In this document: piece after piece, positions 1 to 12,394 of the stretch
Layout: every line of letters begins with the position of its first letter
How positions within the stretch are numbered: position 1 is the stretch's first letter
Assembly: GCA_002633005.1 (NCBI GenBank)
Contig: NMRA01000974.1
Coordinates: 18,121 to 82,120 of the forward strand
Source: Phoronis australis
Taxonomy: Eukaryota > Animalia > Phoronida
Direction of reading: 5' to 3'
DNA: 64,000 bases
Program-made: the position numbers and the translations under genes
Notes under the pieces: model-generated
Database searches by the model: none
Told to the model about the DNA's origin: nothing
Seen by the model: only the letters and a program-made list of their open reading frames with translations

Positions 1-489
1 AAGCACAGGTTTGAGTTAGTCAGATCAAGTCAGTTCAAGAAGAGATCAAATCAGATAATCATCAGATCAAGTGAGTTCAAGAAAAGATGAAGTCAGTTCA
101 AGAGAAGATCAAGTCAGTTCAAGAAAGTTAATCAGGAGAACTACAGTTGAGTTGCAGTGAAGAGAATCAGCAGTTACAGCGTTAGTCAATAGAGAGCCAG
201 CTACAGCTATAGAGACAGCAGGTCATTGAATCGACGAGTGTAACACTTGCTGAACGTGTCTCAGAAGTTCATCACAAGTCAAGGCTTCGCAGCACTGGCT
301 GGAGCATGAACAGACATTACGTCGGACGTTTTGTTTGAGTAGGCTTGTGAACGTACGGTCGGGATTAATAAAGGATTAACTCGAACCAGTCTTCAGTCTA
401 TCGTCACACCGAAAGCTATTAGCACTGGTTGGTAACCACCTGCGCCCACCCACACACGGGGAAAAACGTGACTGAAGCATTAAGTTACA
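1..489 (+). mobile_element. Possible 3' part of an LTR (solo or 3' LTR) with short tandem subrepeats
   Basis: Degenerate ~20-bp repeats (agatcaagtcagttcaaga) at 20-130, AATAAA near 367 and a ...GTTACA end at 489 fit an LTR U3-R-U5. The 5' end is outside the window, so no TSD can be checked. Confidence 0.3.
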
Positions 490-1526
490 AAGCACCTTCG
501 GTCAAAAGTATTTAAATCAAAATTGTTTTCACACAAAGCCAAAATATTGCTTACCTTAGTTTGAAACTTTTTGATGCCCATTTCTGTGGTCATTCTCAAA
601 TTGATGACATGGTGACTTTCGGGCTAGTGTCGTCCCATTGTGGGGTCTGTTGCTATAACTGGTTGATGGCAAGTTGGAATAGAATTATGAGAGAACCAAC
701 AGTGTTCCCCTATGTCTATTTATGCAAGGCACGCTACCTGAACCATCTTCTGTGTTACTACCATTATTCTGTTGGGCACTATGAAATAGAGCATTGCCTA
801 TTGGCCAATTTGTTTTTTCGCAATTCCACATTGAACTGTTCTTCCACAAGGTTGTATACAGTTCACAAGAAATTAAAGGAATTGATTTCACTTCATTACA
901 AGTTTTAAGTATTTTATTAACAGCAAATTTTTCCACGAAGTTGTCATCATCTCCCAGAAGTTGTCACAAAGAAATTAAGAAATGGTGCGTGTCTTTGTTA
1001 TGAGAGTACTGAGCCGACAACAAACTTCTTGTTACAAAAGCCGGAGAATGATGGAAGAAAATGACGTTAGTGAGATTGCTTTTCATTAAACGGTTGTAAC
1101 AGGCAAGAGAATAGAATGCTGTGTGTGATGAAAGTGGAACTTGCACGTTAAATTCTTATCTCTGTGATTGCTTGATCAAATTAGTTAGAAACACAACATA
1201 TAACGACGATGTGAATATGAAGTAGGCTGAAAATTGTCAAATGTTTTTAAGAACGAGTTTGTGTCCAAAATGATCCACTGTAAATCACTCAACCATGTCC
1301 AGCAAATACCATGACGTGGTATTGGGGAATAACCCTGCATGATGCGGGATATGTGAGGTCATGAGGTACGCCATTGGTGCAGCTCGCAGATTTTTTTCTT
1401 TTCACATTTACAAGTTGTTAAGGAATACGACTGCATTTTGTTTACCACAGATGATGTTCAAATAGCATTGTTGTTTAGTGCCTGCTTTACATTAGTATAT
1501 GTAGGAGCATGCAAACACATTTTTAA

Positions 1527-1920
1527 TGTGAATATTGTGTATGTGAGAACAGAACGCTGTGAAGAGTATGTGTGATTTAGTGTGAATACTATGTATGTGA
1601 GAACAAATTGCCTTTGAGAGTATGTGTGATTTAGTGTGAATACTATGTATGTGAGAACAAATTGCCTTTGAGAGTATGTGTGATTTAGTGTGAATACTAT
1701 GTATGTGAGGATAAATTGCCTTTGAGAGTATGTGTGATTTAGTGTGAATACTATGTATGTGAGAACAAATTGCCTTTGAGAGTATGTGTGATTAGTGTGT
1801 ATACTGTGTATGTGAGAACAGAATGCTTTGAAGAGTTTGTGATTAGTGTGAATACTGTGTATGGGAGAACAGAATGGTGTAAAGAGTGTGTGTTATTAGT
1901 ATGAATACTGTGTATGTCGA
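1527..1920. repeat. 54-bp minisatellite, about 7 copies
   Basis: Unit gagtatgtgtgatttagtgtgaatactatgtatgtgagaacaaattgcctttga recurs at 1564, 1618, 1672, 1726 and onward. Central copies are near-identical and the edges are degenerate. Confidence 0.95.
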
Positions 1921-3616
1921 CAAAGCAAGTTTTCTTCTTTAACTTTATTAAGATTAGCTACGAAGAATTTCTTGCTCAATGGATTAGAATACGATAACCC
2001 TGAAAGTATAGCAACATTCAAAACTGGATGGATTATGAAGTGTCCAGGAATGTGGAAAGTTGAAGGTTTGTGATGAACATTTTTAAGTTAATTAAAATTA
2101 TGAAAGAGAAAATCCAAGTCACTAAAAACTGTTGAACTGAAGCCTAGTAATAGCAATAATGTTAACTCAGCAAATTATTGCATGAAGCCAAAAGGTCATT
2201 GTTGCTTCTGGTCTGATCTGGATTTGTTATGAATGATGTGCCGGTAATGGCGTGTTTACTTCTTCAGAAAAATCCAAGGTGATCAAGAGGGATGGGTTTT
2301 TTCTTTTACTCTACCTAAGCCTGTTTCATTGGTCGACTGGTTGTTCTTCTGACTGTACTGGCTTTGGTCAATAACTTATCCAGCAACTACTTTAAAGAAA
2401 TTTAGAATGTTCAACCATCACAGATGTTACAGAGCTGAAAATAATCATCCTCTGTTCTCTTCACATATCCGTCCCAAATAATCAAATTTGGTATTAAAAA
2501 GTCTCATATAAAAGCAACTATTGTCCATTTCCACTTCTGCCAGCTGAAACCCTCGACGGCTGCCCTCATCACCAAATGGCACATTGAGAAGTAAAAACTA
2601 GGTCAGCAAAGATAAAATTAGCCTTTTGTGAACTCGCACTAGTCGGATCCAATTGGACTGCTAGATTTCATTAGAATATGGTCGTTGAACTCTGACTTGT
2701 CTGAAGGTCAGAGTGGATGATCTGGTACAACCGTACCACTGAACTTTTATCGAGTCGGACATAGTTAAGGGTGTCCATCTTTAGTTTTCTTATTAGTAAC
2801 ATATGTAATTTTTGCTGTTTTCAGAGTATTTAATGACAGTCAAGTTTTTCATGGAGGAAAAGTATTGAAGTGCACTGAAATGTCTCCTTACGACTCCTTC
2901 AAATGGAAAGACAAGAGAAGAATTCGCACTTGAGTGATACCCAAGAGTTATCAAGGCAAACTGTGTCGTGAACAGATGGTAAAAGGAAGCGTTCACCGGG
3001 GTCTGTTGATGTGACTGGAAGTAGTGACTGCTCCAAAGATGTGAAAGTGTCCAATAGATTCATCAGGAAATTTTCGCTTCTTAACAATATCAGTGCTGTG
3101 GATTGCGTACTTTTTAAATTTGTTTATGGGCGGTGGACATCATCTTTCTATGGTGTAGTCACACTTGATATTCTACTCCATCACAGTTGTCATGAGTAAT
3201 AACGACACCAGTCTTGAAGGGAGTTAGGCAAACTGATCCTGATGTTAACTACAGATTTTTTTGCAAAAATTCAATATTGACATGTTGTATAAAATCATGC
3301 CTGTATTTTTCATCTGTAACATTTCTTTAAATGGGATAGTCATGCTCTAGGTATGCAAATTGATATGAAACAATCGCCATTGACTTTTCAGACAGTTAGA
3401 TTTTTGTCCTTTAAGCAGTTTTGAACATGGATTACTCTTTATTGCATGGATATATTTCCATGAAGTTTTTCACACATTTTAGTCTTTAACCGAGGACTGC
3501 TGCTTAAATTATTTTCCTAAGAACAGAGGTGTGGGCTGTAAGAATGAAGATTTAAAAATAAAATCAAAAGTATACGCTACAGTTCAAACACGTCACCCGC
3601 AATTTAGGTCTTTGTT

Positions 3617-3970
3617 CATCCATGTATACGTGGGAGCATAATGCCGTCATCCCTGTCCATCCATCCAGGATTCACTGCTGCATTTTCAAAACCCATTGGT
3701 GTAGATTTTCGCACAGGTTCAACTAATGCAGCACTCCCTAGTGGCAAACTTTGTTTTTCCTCAGTATCTACCAAGCTACTTGATGGATCGTTCTGAAATT
3801 TGGTGCAAATATTCTTATTTATAATTGTGGCATCTCCTAGTGGCAATTTAGGTTTTCTTTGTGTATGTGTCTATCTTCCAAGTTCATGAAATAAGTTTCT
3901 AACAAGGAGATGACTGCACTTGGCTTCCTTCTGACAAATTGTTCTTGTGCTGCACCCCATAGCGACCACT
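3617..3970 (+). mobile_element. Decayed HINE/Helentron-like fragment, opposite orientation to the copies at 6732 and 41319
   Basis: 3617-3670 is the reverse complement of the family terminus (ggatggagatgacggcataatgcatccacatat). The cctagtggcaa motif (reverse complement of ttgccactagg) occurs at ~3737 and ~3836. Confidence 0.65.
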
Positions 3971-4624
3971 TTATAATATTACATAATACTAATCAAGACC
4001 GTTAGATGCAAAGCAGTTTGAGTTGTGGGTGCATTTCAATGCTTTACAGTGTTAGACCTTCAGGAAACAAATGTGCTGCCCGCCAGGCCACTTACTTGAA
4101 TATGAGACCACTTCCACATCGGCCTATAGGTGAAAGTTTACTGGCTCTGCCGCAAATCCACTGGCCCCAGGCCACCGTGTATTTCAAACGTTGGTTTGCA
4201 TTGTTATACTTTAAGAAATTCATGTTCAAAGCAAAACTGTAATATGTTCACATCAAGGGGCATATGATTGTAATTGATTGTGCAAAGTTTCAAGACATGA
4301 ATTAACAGTTTTCAATAAGCCAGGATTCTGAAAAATATAAACTTTTATGGGTTGCAAATGGACAGTAACAAATTATTTGATGAAGTGTGGAGGGACACCT
4401 TGTGCAAAAAGACAACTCTGTACCAGGTTTTAATGTGGTGGTTATGGTGACATTACCATTAGACCAGATTGACACCCATGCTTGGTTTACCACTAACCCC
4501 CAATTTATACAACTGAGAGTTCTTAAATGTATCCCTGTCTTAGTGAATCCCCGCCTCATTAGGATTTTGGCCCCCAAACAGTATGCAACTGTCTTACCAT
4601 TGAATAAGAGTCAGTTTTAGGGGA

Positions 4625-4827
4625 ATTTACTTTACTGTAGCAGGAAAGTACTCAAACTCTTCTGCCCTTTACTGAAGGAGACATGAAATGCATTTACTTT
4701 ACTGTAGCAGGAAAGTACTCCAACTCTTCTGCCCTTTACTGAAGGAGACATGAAATGCATTTACTTTACTGTGGCAGGAAAGTACTCCAACTCTTCTGCC
4801 CTTTACTGAAGGAGACATGAAATGCAT
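4625..4827. repeat. 67-bp tandem repeat, 3 copies
   Basis: Unit atttactttactgtagcaggaaagtactc(a/c)aactcttctgccctttactgaaggagacatgaaatgc starts at 4625, 4692 and 4759. Confidence 0.95.
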
Positions 4828-5461
4828 TGTTTGGCTTATGTGCATTCTATTATAATTGTAATGCACAAAAAATGATGAAAGCATTCGTGTACATCATCAC
4901 ATGAGTAAAGTAAGTCTTCCTAAAACCACTTTTGAGGTGGTGATGCATTTAGTAACATCAGTTCTGAAATCTATTTGTCACTGTACCCCTAAAGATGACC
5001 AACTAAATTGTGTCAATGTAAGTAGGCTAGTGGTGGGTGTAAATAGTCAGATACAAAATTTTAAGAGATGACGTACAAAACTGTAATGTGTGTATCAGAA
5101 AATTTAAAGATACACTTCATAAAAAGTAATACCACGTCACTATCGTGTGAAATCACTTCATTCTTGACCATGAGATTGAGTTTAGTTTTATGTTAATCTT
5201 TACCATGATCTTTTTTTTCTTTTTTCGATGGTAAAGATTAACTCAAAACTTGACAGGACTTTAAATAACAAAAAATTCCAGTATGAAAAGATCATTCAGA
5301 TGATCTTAACACTGCGTCCAGTGCCTGTAAAGTTCATAAGTCCGATGGAAACAAGTATACAAGTAAGGCGCAATACCACTCAGCAGAAGGTCAAGTGCAT
5401 AGCAAAGAACAATTGTAGTGCAAAATTTTGTCAGAATTCAGTGAGTGTTACAGTTCAAGCT

Positions 5462-5946
5462 TTATCCAACCATGCTTCGTTTTCGTCCCCTTAAACGAAC
5501 TTCGTCTAATTTCTTCAGAACTTCTGCGACACCCTGGCCATATCCATCGGAGTATGCAGTGAGTAATGAGTCGAACAACTTCTCTGTGTTTGGATGTGTG
5601 CTGAGGAAAGCTCTTTCCAATACATAGAGATCAACACCCTTGTCTTCAGCCAAGGACTCAATATAACTAAGTCCAAAATCGATCATGACAAGATCAAGGT
5701 TTTCTGTGTTCTTAAGCAACATGTTTGATGTAGTGAGATCACCATGAATTATGTTATTCTTGTGCATCAGTGCAACAGTTTTGCCCATCTTCTCCATTAA
5801 AGGCTGCAGTTTGTTGTGAACATCAGAGGAAATGTCCTTCTGAACTCCAGCAATGTAGTCTCGTACTGTTGTTGCATTTGTGAGATGCTCCATGTAAATT
5901 TTGTAATTTGTCAAATCCACAAAGTACACAGCAGGAGTGACCACAC
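5462..5946 (-). CDS. TP53RK: TP53-regulating kinase (PRPK/Bud32, KEOPS subunit), coding exon 2
   Basis: Contains IIHGDLTTSN (catalytic loop), IDFGL, EDKGVDLYVLERA and the C-terminal RGRKRSMVG typical of Bud32/PRPK. The acceptor tttcag|GT at 5946 is phase-compatible with exon 1. Confidence 0.97.
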
Positions 5947-6696
5947 CTGAAACAAAATATCAGTATGAGAGGTTAATATGGGCAGGATTGGCCACACCTG
6001 AATAACATGCCTACAGTAACGAGATTTTAAACAAGACTACACAGAGCATTGAAAGGTGAGTGCGGTAACAAACTGTATGCTTCTAGGGGTGTTTATTAGT
6101 AGGCATGTCATAAAAATGCCCATTAGATGACCAAGATACAATACGTTGAACCTGCCCGAAAATAGAAAGGCGTCATCTGAATCCAGAACTGTTTTGCTAC
6201 ACTTTGTGAAAATCTGTCCAGGAACTCCAAAGATTACGGAGATAAGCATTATACAGCCAAGATACATCAAATCCATCTCTAAATGGAAAGGTACTGTTTT
6301 TACTGTACAAACTATTTTTTCCAAATTTCTTGAAAAACTGTGACAGTCAAAGAACTCTGAAGAGAGGCAAACGCAAAAAATAAATTGCATCTATGGTGGT
6401 AGTCAGAACTTTCCAGAAATATTGAGCAGATATTTATACGTTAACACTAAATTTCAAAAAGCTGCAAAGAATTCATCCATAGATGCAAAAAATCTCCACT
6501 AGGGTGTGCCACAGTTGTCAGAACCGTCCAAAAACCTCAGTCATACTCACAGTCTTCTCATTAGGAATACGTCTGATAAGATTTTAAAATCATCTTTTGA
6601 GCAGTTTGCCCAATTTGATACTAAACTTATGGCATAAATTTATTACCAGAATACTAGTAGTGACTGGTGATTTTGTTAGCACCTGCATTCAACAGT

Positions 6697-9600
6697 GGCA
6701 TGATATAGGGTAAAGTGGAAATGCGTATTTTGCAAGAGCAACATGGAGTTTTGAAATGCACCCATGAATGCATCGCAAATGGTGTGCTTTCAGGGTTTAT
6801 TTGTATCATAAAAATGGCAACTAGATGGTGCAAAACTGTAAAATCCGTCCGAAAACAGGAACATGTCATTGCTTCATTAATAGAAAACTATTCATCATAT
6901 TTAACAAAAATCTGTCAAGGAACTTCAGAGAAACAAAGGAAAAAAAATAAAATGAAATTACCACTAGGGAATACAGCATTCGTTGGATCCACCTGAAAGT
7001 CATCGTCTGTTGTTAGCTTCATATAAATACACTTACTAAATTTAATGTAAAGATCCTGCAGTGAGTTTAGGAAATACAGCTATGGGCGCAAAACAAAACT
7101 ACCACTAGGAGGCACCACAGTAGTCAAAGTCGCCATCATCAAACGTCCTCTTCACACTAAGAACATGCGCCAATTTTCAAAACCATCCCTAGAATTATTT
7201 GGTTGACAGAGGATTGGATGCTAAAAAATAAACAGACTCAAAAACAGCGAAAATGGCCCCACAAGGTGGCACAAAATACCTCTATTCCATCTGAAAACAG
7301 GAGAATAGTGTCATCTCACCAAAAAATGCCTTTTTTCAATTTTATGAAAATCTGTTGAGGACCTTTGAAGACACAGAGGTAAACGTAAAGAAATAAAGCT
7401 GCCACTAGGGGACACACCAGTAGTCGGATCCATCTGAAAGTCGTCATTGTCCGTTGTCAACATCACATAAATAGACTTGCGAAACTTAGTAAAGATCCTG
7501 CAAACAGCGATGAGTGCAAAAAAACAATACTGCCACTAGGAGGCTCCATAGAAGTCGAAGTCGTCGGAAAATCATCGTCAGCCGTCCACTTCATAGTAAA
7601 AACATACATGCAAATTTTCACAATTATCCTGAAAGCAGTTTGGTTGATAGATGAGTGGATGCCAGAAAACAGACTCGAAAACAGTAAAAATGGCCACTAG
7701 GTGGCATAAACTTGGTTGAATCCCTCTGAAAATGAAAAGATAACGTCACCTCATTAACAGATGCCTGTATGCCAAATTTTATAAAACTACATTGAGGACC
7801 TTTAAAGATACAGCGGTAAGCGTAACAAAATAAAAGCCACTAGGTGGCACACCAGCAGTCAGATCTGTCCGAAAGTTTTCCTCTTCTGTTGTTAACATCA
7901 TATAAATACACTTACAAAATTTAGTAAAGATCCTGCGAACGTTTTAGGAAATACAGCCAAAGGCGAAAAAAAAACGGCCACTAGGAGGTGCCACAGCAGT
8001 CGAAGTCGGCGGGAAATCATCGTCAGCTGTCCTCTACATAGCAAGAACTCGTACATGCCATTTTCACAATCATCCTTTGAGCGGGTTGGTTGATAAAGCA
8101 GTGGATGCCAAACACCAAGTAAATACACTTGCTAAATTAAGTAAAGATCCTGCAAACGGTTTTAGATACAGCCATGAGCGCAAAAAAAACGAAACTGCCA
8201 CTAGGAGGTGCCACAGTAGTCAAGCTCGTCGGGAAATCATCATCAGCTGTCCATTTCATAGTAAAAACATACACGCAAATTTTCACAATTATCCTGAAAG
8301 CCGTTTGGTTGATAGACGAGTGAACGCCAAAAAACAGACTCGAAAACAATAAAAATAGCCACTAGGTGGCGCAAACTACGTCAAATCCACCTGAAAACGG
8401 GAGGATAGCGTCATATTACTAATAGGTGTCTATATACCAAATTTCATGAAAATCCGTTGAGGACTTTTGAAGCTACAGCGGTAAATGTAAAAAACTAAAA
8501 TTGCTACTAGGGGGCACACCGGTAGCCGGATCTTTCTGAAAATTCGCTCATGCTGTCCCATCCATGGAAGGAACACATGTGCAAAATTTCATGAACATAC
8601 ATCAAGGGGTTTTGGAGATAGAGCAGCGGACATCGGACGGACGGATGGAGATGACGGCATAATGCATCCACATATAAATATGTGGGCGCATAAAAATGTG
8701 TCTATGTGATCGACACATTTCGTTTCGCAAGGGAAACCCACCGAAACTTTGTGATCATCATGTGGTCTGCACCTGCATCACCGGCACTTTCCCACATCGG
8801 GTGGAACAACTGGTTCACACGCTGGGCGGAACAACGGAAGCGCAAACCTCAAATCGGTTCTCCGCCTACTTGCTGGGGGTAACTGTAATGCAGTCCTGAT
8901 GTAACTGTGTTCTACGTCTACCACTAGCCAGTACGGAGGCAGGCTGGCGCCAATCTGGCCATATGTGGACAGCGGAGCTCAAACATACACACATGCAGGG
9001 ACACTACTGGCATGGTGGGGACTGTGAGGATAAGCCCAGGTAGAATTAAGAGCTGAGTGTGAGCCATTTGTTTCGCTTTCAGAAACGTTGCGTTGAAAGT
9101 CCACTGAAATGTGTTGTTTACCGGCCAATTGTGTCGCTCACTCCAAAGCCTTGAAAATATTACAAAGGCAAGCCAAACGTAGCCGATGTTACCCGTGAGG
9201 GTCGAGTGCCTGGTTTCCGGCATGACGGGGTTGCCGCCGGCTTTGCACTTTTCGAAACGCTGCAGACCAGAGTGGTCAACTTGGCCTGCAGGCTTTGTGC
9301 AGGCCAAGGCAAAGCACTGTGCAGTCCCCCCCCCCCCACCATGGACCCTACAGTATCCGCGAAGTCCCCAAAAATGTGTCGTTTACCGGCCAATTGTGTC
9401 AATTTCAGAAACGTGTTGAAGAAATTTCAAAGACCCAGACATGAATGTGTCGTTTACCAGCCATTTGTGTCAATTTCTGGAACGTTGCATTTAAAAAACT
9501 TTAAAGTCCCCTGAAATGTGTCATTTATTGTCCATTTGTGTCCCGTCAAGTTTTCAAAGGAGCTTTGAAAATATAACAAAGGTAAACAAACGTAGCAGAT

Positions 9601-10470
9601 GTTAGCCATACTCAACAGCGTTGAGCGGCAGGTCTTCCGCTTGGCCAGGGTGGCACTGCCGGCTCTGTGCTCAGCGAAACGCCGCGGTCCACATGGTCAA
9701 GTCGGTTTGGCTTGATCAGTGCTGCATGGTGCCATGAAAATTAGACGACTTAAAGCCGAAGGCCGGGGATCACCAGGTTATTGGCGCTACAATCCTCCCT
9801 ATGATAAAGTGTCCATGAGTATCATTGAAAATTTTCATGAAGTCCCATGAAATGTGTCGTTAATTGGTCATTTGTGTTGCTTTGTGAAAGGTACCAAGGA
9901 TTCCTTTTCTTTCTAAGTTCCCCGGTTATGTGTCGTTTATAGGACATTTGTGACGCTTTCTGAAAGGTACAACCCACAAGGCGAAGTCAAGTTCAGTCAT
10001 GAAGCATACACCAGATCTTGATGGTCCGCTGGTTTGGCTCTGATTGGCAAATCGCCGTGGTCCCCATGGCCATGCCCGTCATGATGACTCTTCTGTTCAC
10101 AAGCGGTCGATGTCTGGGGGAGCGGTCATGATGCTTTAAAAGTGCCGCTATAGTTGTGTCCCTGATGTGTCCTTGATGTGTACCTGAAGCGCTGCAATCC
10201 ACATATGGCCAGATCCACTGCCCGCCTCCATACTAGCAACAAGCAGGGAGCGCACAGGATCAAGATTCATTCCAGTTGCCCCCAGGTTGGCGGAGGACCG
10301 ATTGGAGGTTTGTGCACCTGTTGCTTCGTTGTCGGAAAAATGCCGGTGCACATGATCGGGTACTGCCCGACCATCCGGAAGTTTCGGCGGGTTTCCCTCA
10401 TGAAACGAAATGTGTTGATTACACTGACACATTTTAAAATGCGAGTTTTCTCTTTACCCTATATCGTGCC
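6697..10470. mobile_element. Non-autonomous DNA transposon with long (~350 bp) diverged TIRs in the TP53RK intron; left TIR interrupted by a HINE
   Basis: 6697-6732 (ggcatgatatagggtaaagtggaaatgcgtatttt) plus 8692-9010 match the reverse complement of 10150-10470. Internal subrepeats gtcc.ctgaaatgtgtcgtttaccggccaattgtgtc occur at ~9100, 9363, 9440, 9507, 9842 and 9920. No TSD was recognised. Confidence 0.75.
6732..8696 (-). mobile_element. Helentron-associated (HINE/DINE-1-like) element with an internal tandem array, copy A
   Basis: Subterminal inverted repeats atgcacccat...gtgggcgcat, a (GGAC)n microsatellite at 8634-8645, a terminal hairpin and A-run, and ~12 internal 135-160 bp subunits each centred on ccactagg. 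Colinear with 41319-43092. Confidence 0.8.
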
Positions 10471-10692
10471 ATATTATCTCTGCATTTGCTTTAGAGTGTA
10501 GTTATAAATGGCACCACTTGTGTCAGATTACATTTGGCCAGTTTTTATCCACATCGTTCCAAAGCTGCATATTATTCACATACTACCACTACACTATCGC
10601 AGCATACATCCCATCGCCCGGCTAAATGCCGCAGGTCAACCGGGGCAACGTGTTAGACAACAATCTGATCAATCATAATCATAGTATCATAC

Positions 10693-10888
10693 CAATTGTC
10701 CTACAGCGAACCATTGCTCGAACTTCAGACTTTGTTCTTTGAGACGTGAGTGATTTGTCCAACACTGGATGCCTGTATTTCTTCGGGAACCTTTCCTTGA
10801 CAACTGTCGATCGTCCATAAAACACCATACTATAAATTCTAGCTTCTGCCCCCTGTTTGATAAGAGTCACTTCGCTTTCATGCGCCAT
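10693..10888 (-). CDS. TP53RK: TP53-regulating kinase, coding exon 1
   Basis: Translates as MAHESEVTLIKQGAEA...VVKERFPKKYRHPVLD...EVRAMVRC, the PRPK N-lobe. Donor G|GTATGA follows 10693. Joined CDS is 196+485=681 nt (226 aa), with a 4.7-kb intron. Confidence 0.96.
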
Positions 10889-11170
10889 TTTAAATTTTAA
10901 AGCAAAGGTGGTTGTATTTTATTGTTTTCAAATCACAAAGAGTGAATCGTAGGCCTCGTGTTTTTCTTACTTTACTCCGTTGTGTGGCATTTGTTGCCTT
11001 TCTCTATTTCAGCGCAATAATTACCCTATGAACAATGTACCTAAAATTGGAGTTCTTGTGTAAAAATGTTTTCAAAATTTATTTCGATAACTTGTGTCAT
11101 TACCATTGCCCACGATAATAGTGGACTAAAGACGGTAGGACTGATAGTGAACACTGGAGAACAGCTGAAA
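10889..11170. promoter_or_regulatory. Putative bidirectional promoter and 5' UTRs shared by TP53RK and FITM2
   Basis: The divergent start codons at 10888 (-) and 11171 (+) are only 282 bp apart. Promoter activity is inferred. Confidence 0.6.
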
Positions 11171-12083
11171 ATGGCTAAAGGTCGCAGTTCCGATTCATAC
11201 AAAACTTCAAATGACAAGATAGGACTGAGAAAGAAATCCATCCCTGGGCCAACAACTCCAGTAGACTTTTTTGGAATGATTGTTATGAAAATTGCGAAGA
11301 AAATCCTGCTCGTTGACACCCATGTAAAGATCGGATTTTATTGCGTTGTAGTGATGGTCGCTTCCGTGATATGTGATTTGTTTCACCCACCCATGTTCTA
11401 TCTGGGGTCGAAAAATAGCGTTTTTAATGTTTACTTTGTGAAAATAGGATGGGGATGGACACTGGCGTTATGCGGATCATTTATATTTCTCACTAGCTAT
11501 ACATATTGCTGTGGACATCTGAACTTGGTGTGTAGACNATTTAGCTAGACTTGCTGTGGGAACTGTTGAGTGGTGGGTGTGGGTGAACCTGTTCAACACA
11601 GTGGAGCATGCTTCTGGCTTCTGTACTAAAGATGGACATGATAGCAAAACCTTGTGTCTCAACTCCGGACATCTGTGGCTAGGATTTGATATATCAGGAC
11701 ATACATTTTTATTGCTTCACTGTCTACTGACTATCTCTGAAGAATGCAAGTGTTTGAGACATTGGGAAAGAGTTGTAGATAACTTCAAAACGGATGATGA
11801 ACGTAAAATGCCTAACCAACTCCCTGCACAGGATTTATGTCAACTTAAAGTTTCATACTATAGTTTGGGGCCATTCATTAAACTGAATGCTGCACTCTTG
11901 TCATTCCTGATGGTTCTTTGGGAAATGATGCTCTTGATTACTGCTCTGTATTATCACACGTTAATACAGAAGTTCATTGGTGCTAGTATTGCTATAGGTA
12001 CATGGTTTGTTACGTATCAAGTCTGGTATAAATGTTCCTGGTCACCAGGTCTTCCAGGGCACGGTGTTATAGATGTAGCTTAG
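11171..12083 (+). CDS. FITM2: Fat storage-inducing transmembrane protein (FIT/Scs3 family acyl-CoA diphosphatase), single coding exon
   Basis: Motifs KNSVFNVYFVKIGWGWT, GFDISGHTFLL and TALYYHT...KFIG are present. Removing the N at 11538 restores ...CRHLARLAVGTVEW... and gives 912 nt (303 aa). Confidence 0.92.
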
Positions 12084-12394
12084 TTTTTAGACTTTTTAGA
12101 ATGCTAATTTATTACAGCTTTTTGCTCCATCTTACTTATTGGTCATTATTTTGATATAAGTAGTCTCAGGTGGATGTTTTATCTTCCTATTTGTAGCACC
12201 TGTAAACCTGCCTTCCGTTGCAAAAAACAACTTTTGATTTGGACTATGTACCATTATGAAACTGGTCTCAAATTGTTCCTTACTCAAATGCGAGGGGAAT
12301 TCAGGGTTTTGAAAAAACTTTCAGTTTGTTTCTGTTTTAGACCAGGCTCTACTTGTTTGTCACAGCGTGTCATTTAAAGTGCCCAGCATGTTTT

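Noticed and set aside
1527-1920. Regular repeats as a CRISPR-like array (also 4625-4827 and the HINE arrays)
   Set aside because: Units are contiguous tandem copies without unique spacers, there are no cas genes, and the context is eukaryotic.
11066-11170. Upstream in-frame ATG extending FITM2
   Set aside because: The extension has no FIT-family character and would occupy the tight divergent promoter region; ATG 11171 (aaaATGG) has better context. Not excluded without transcripts.
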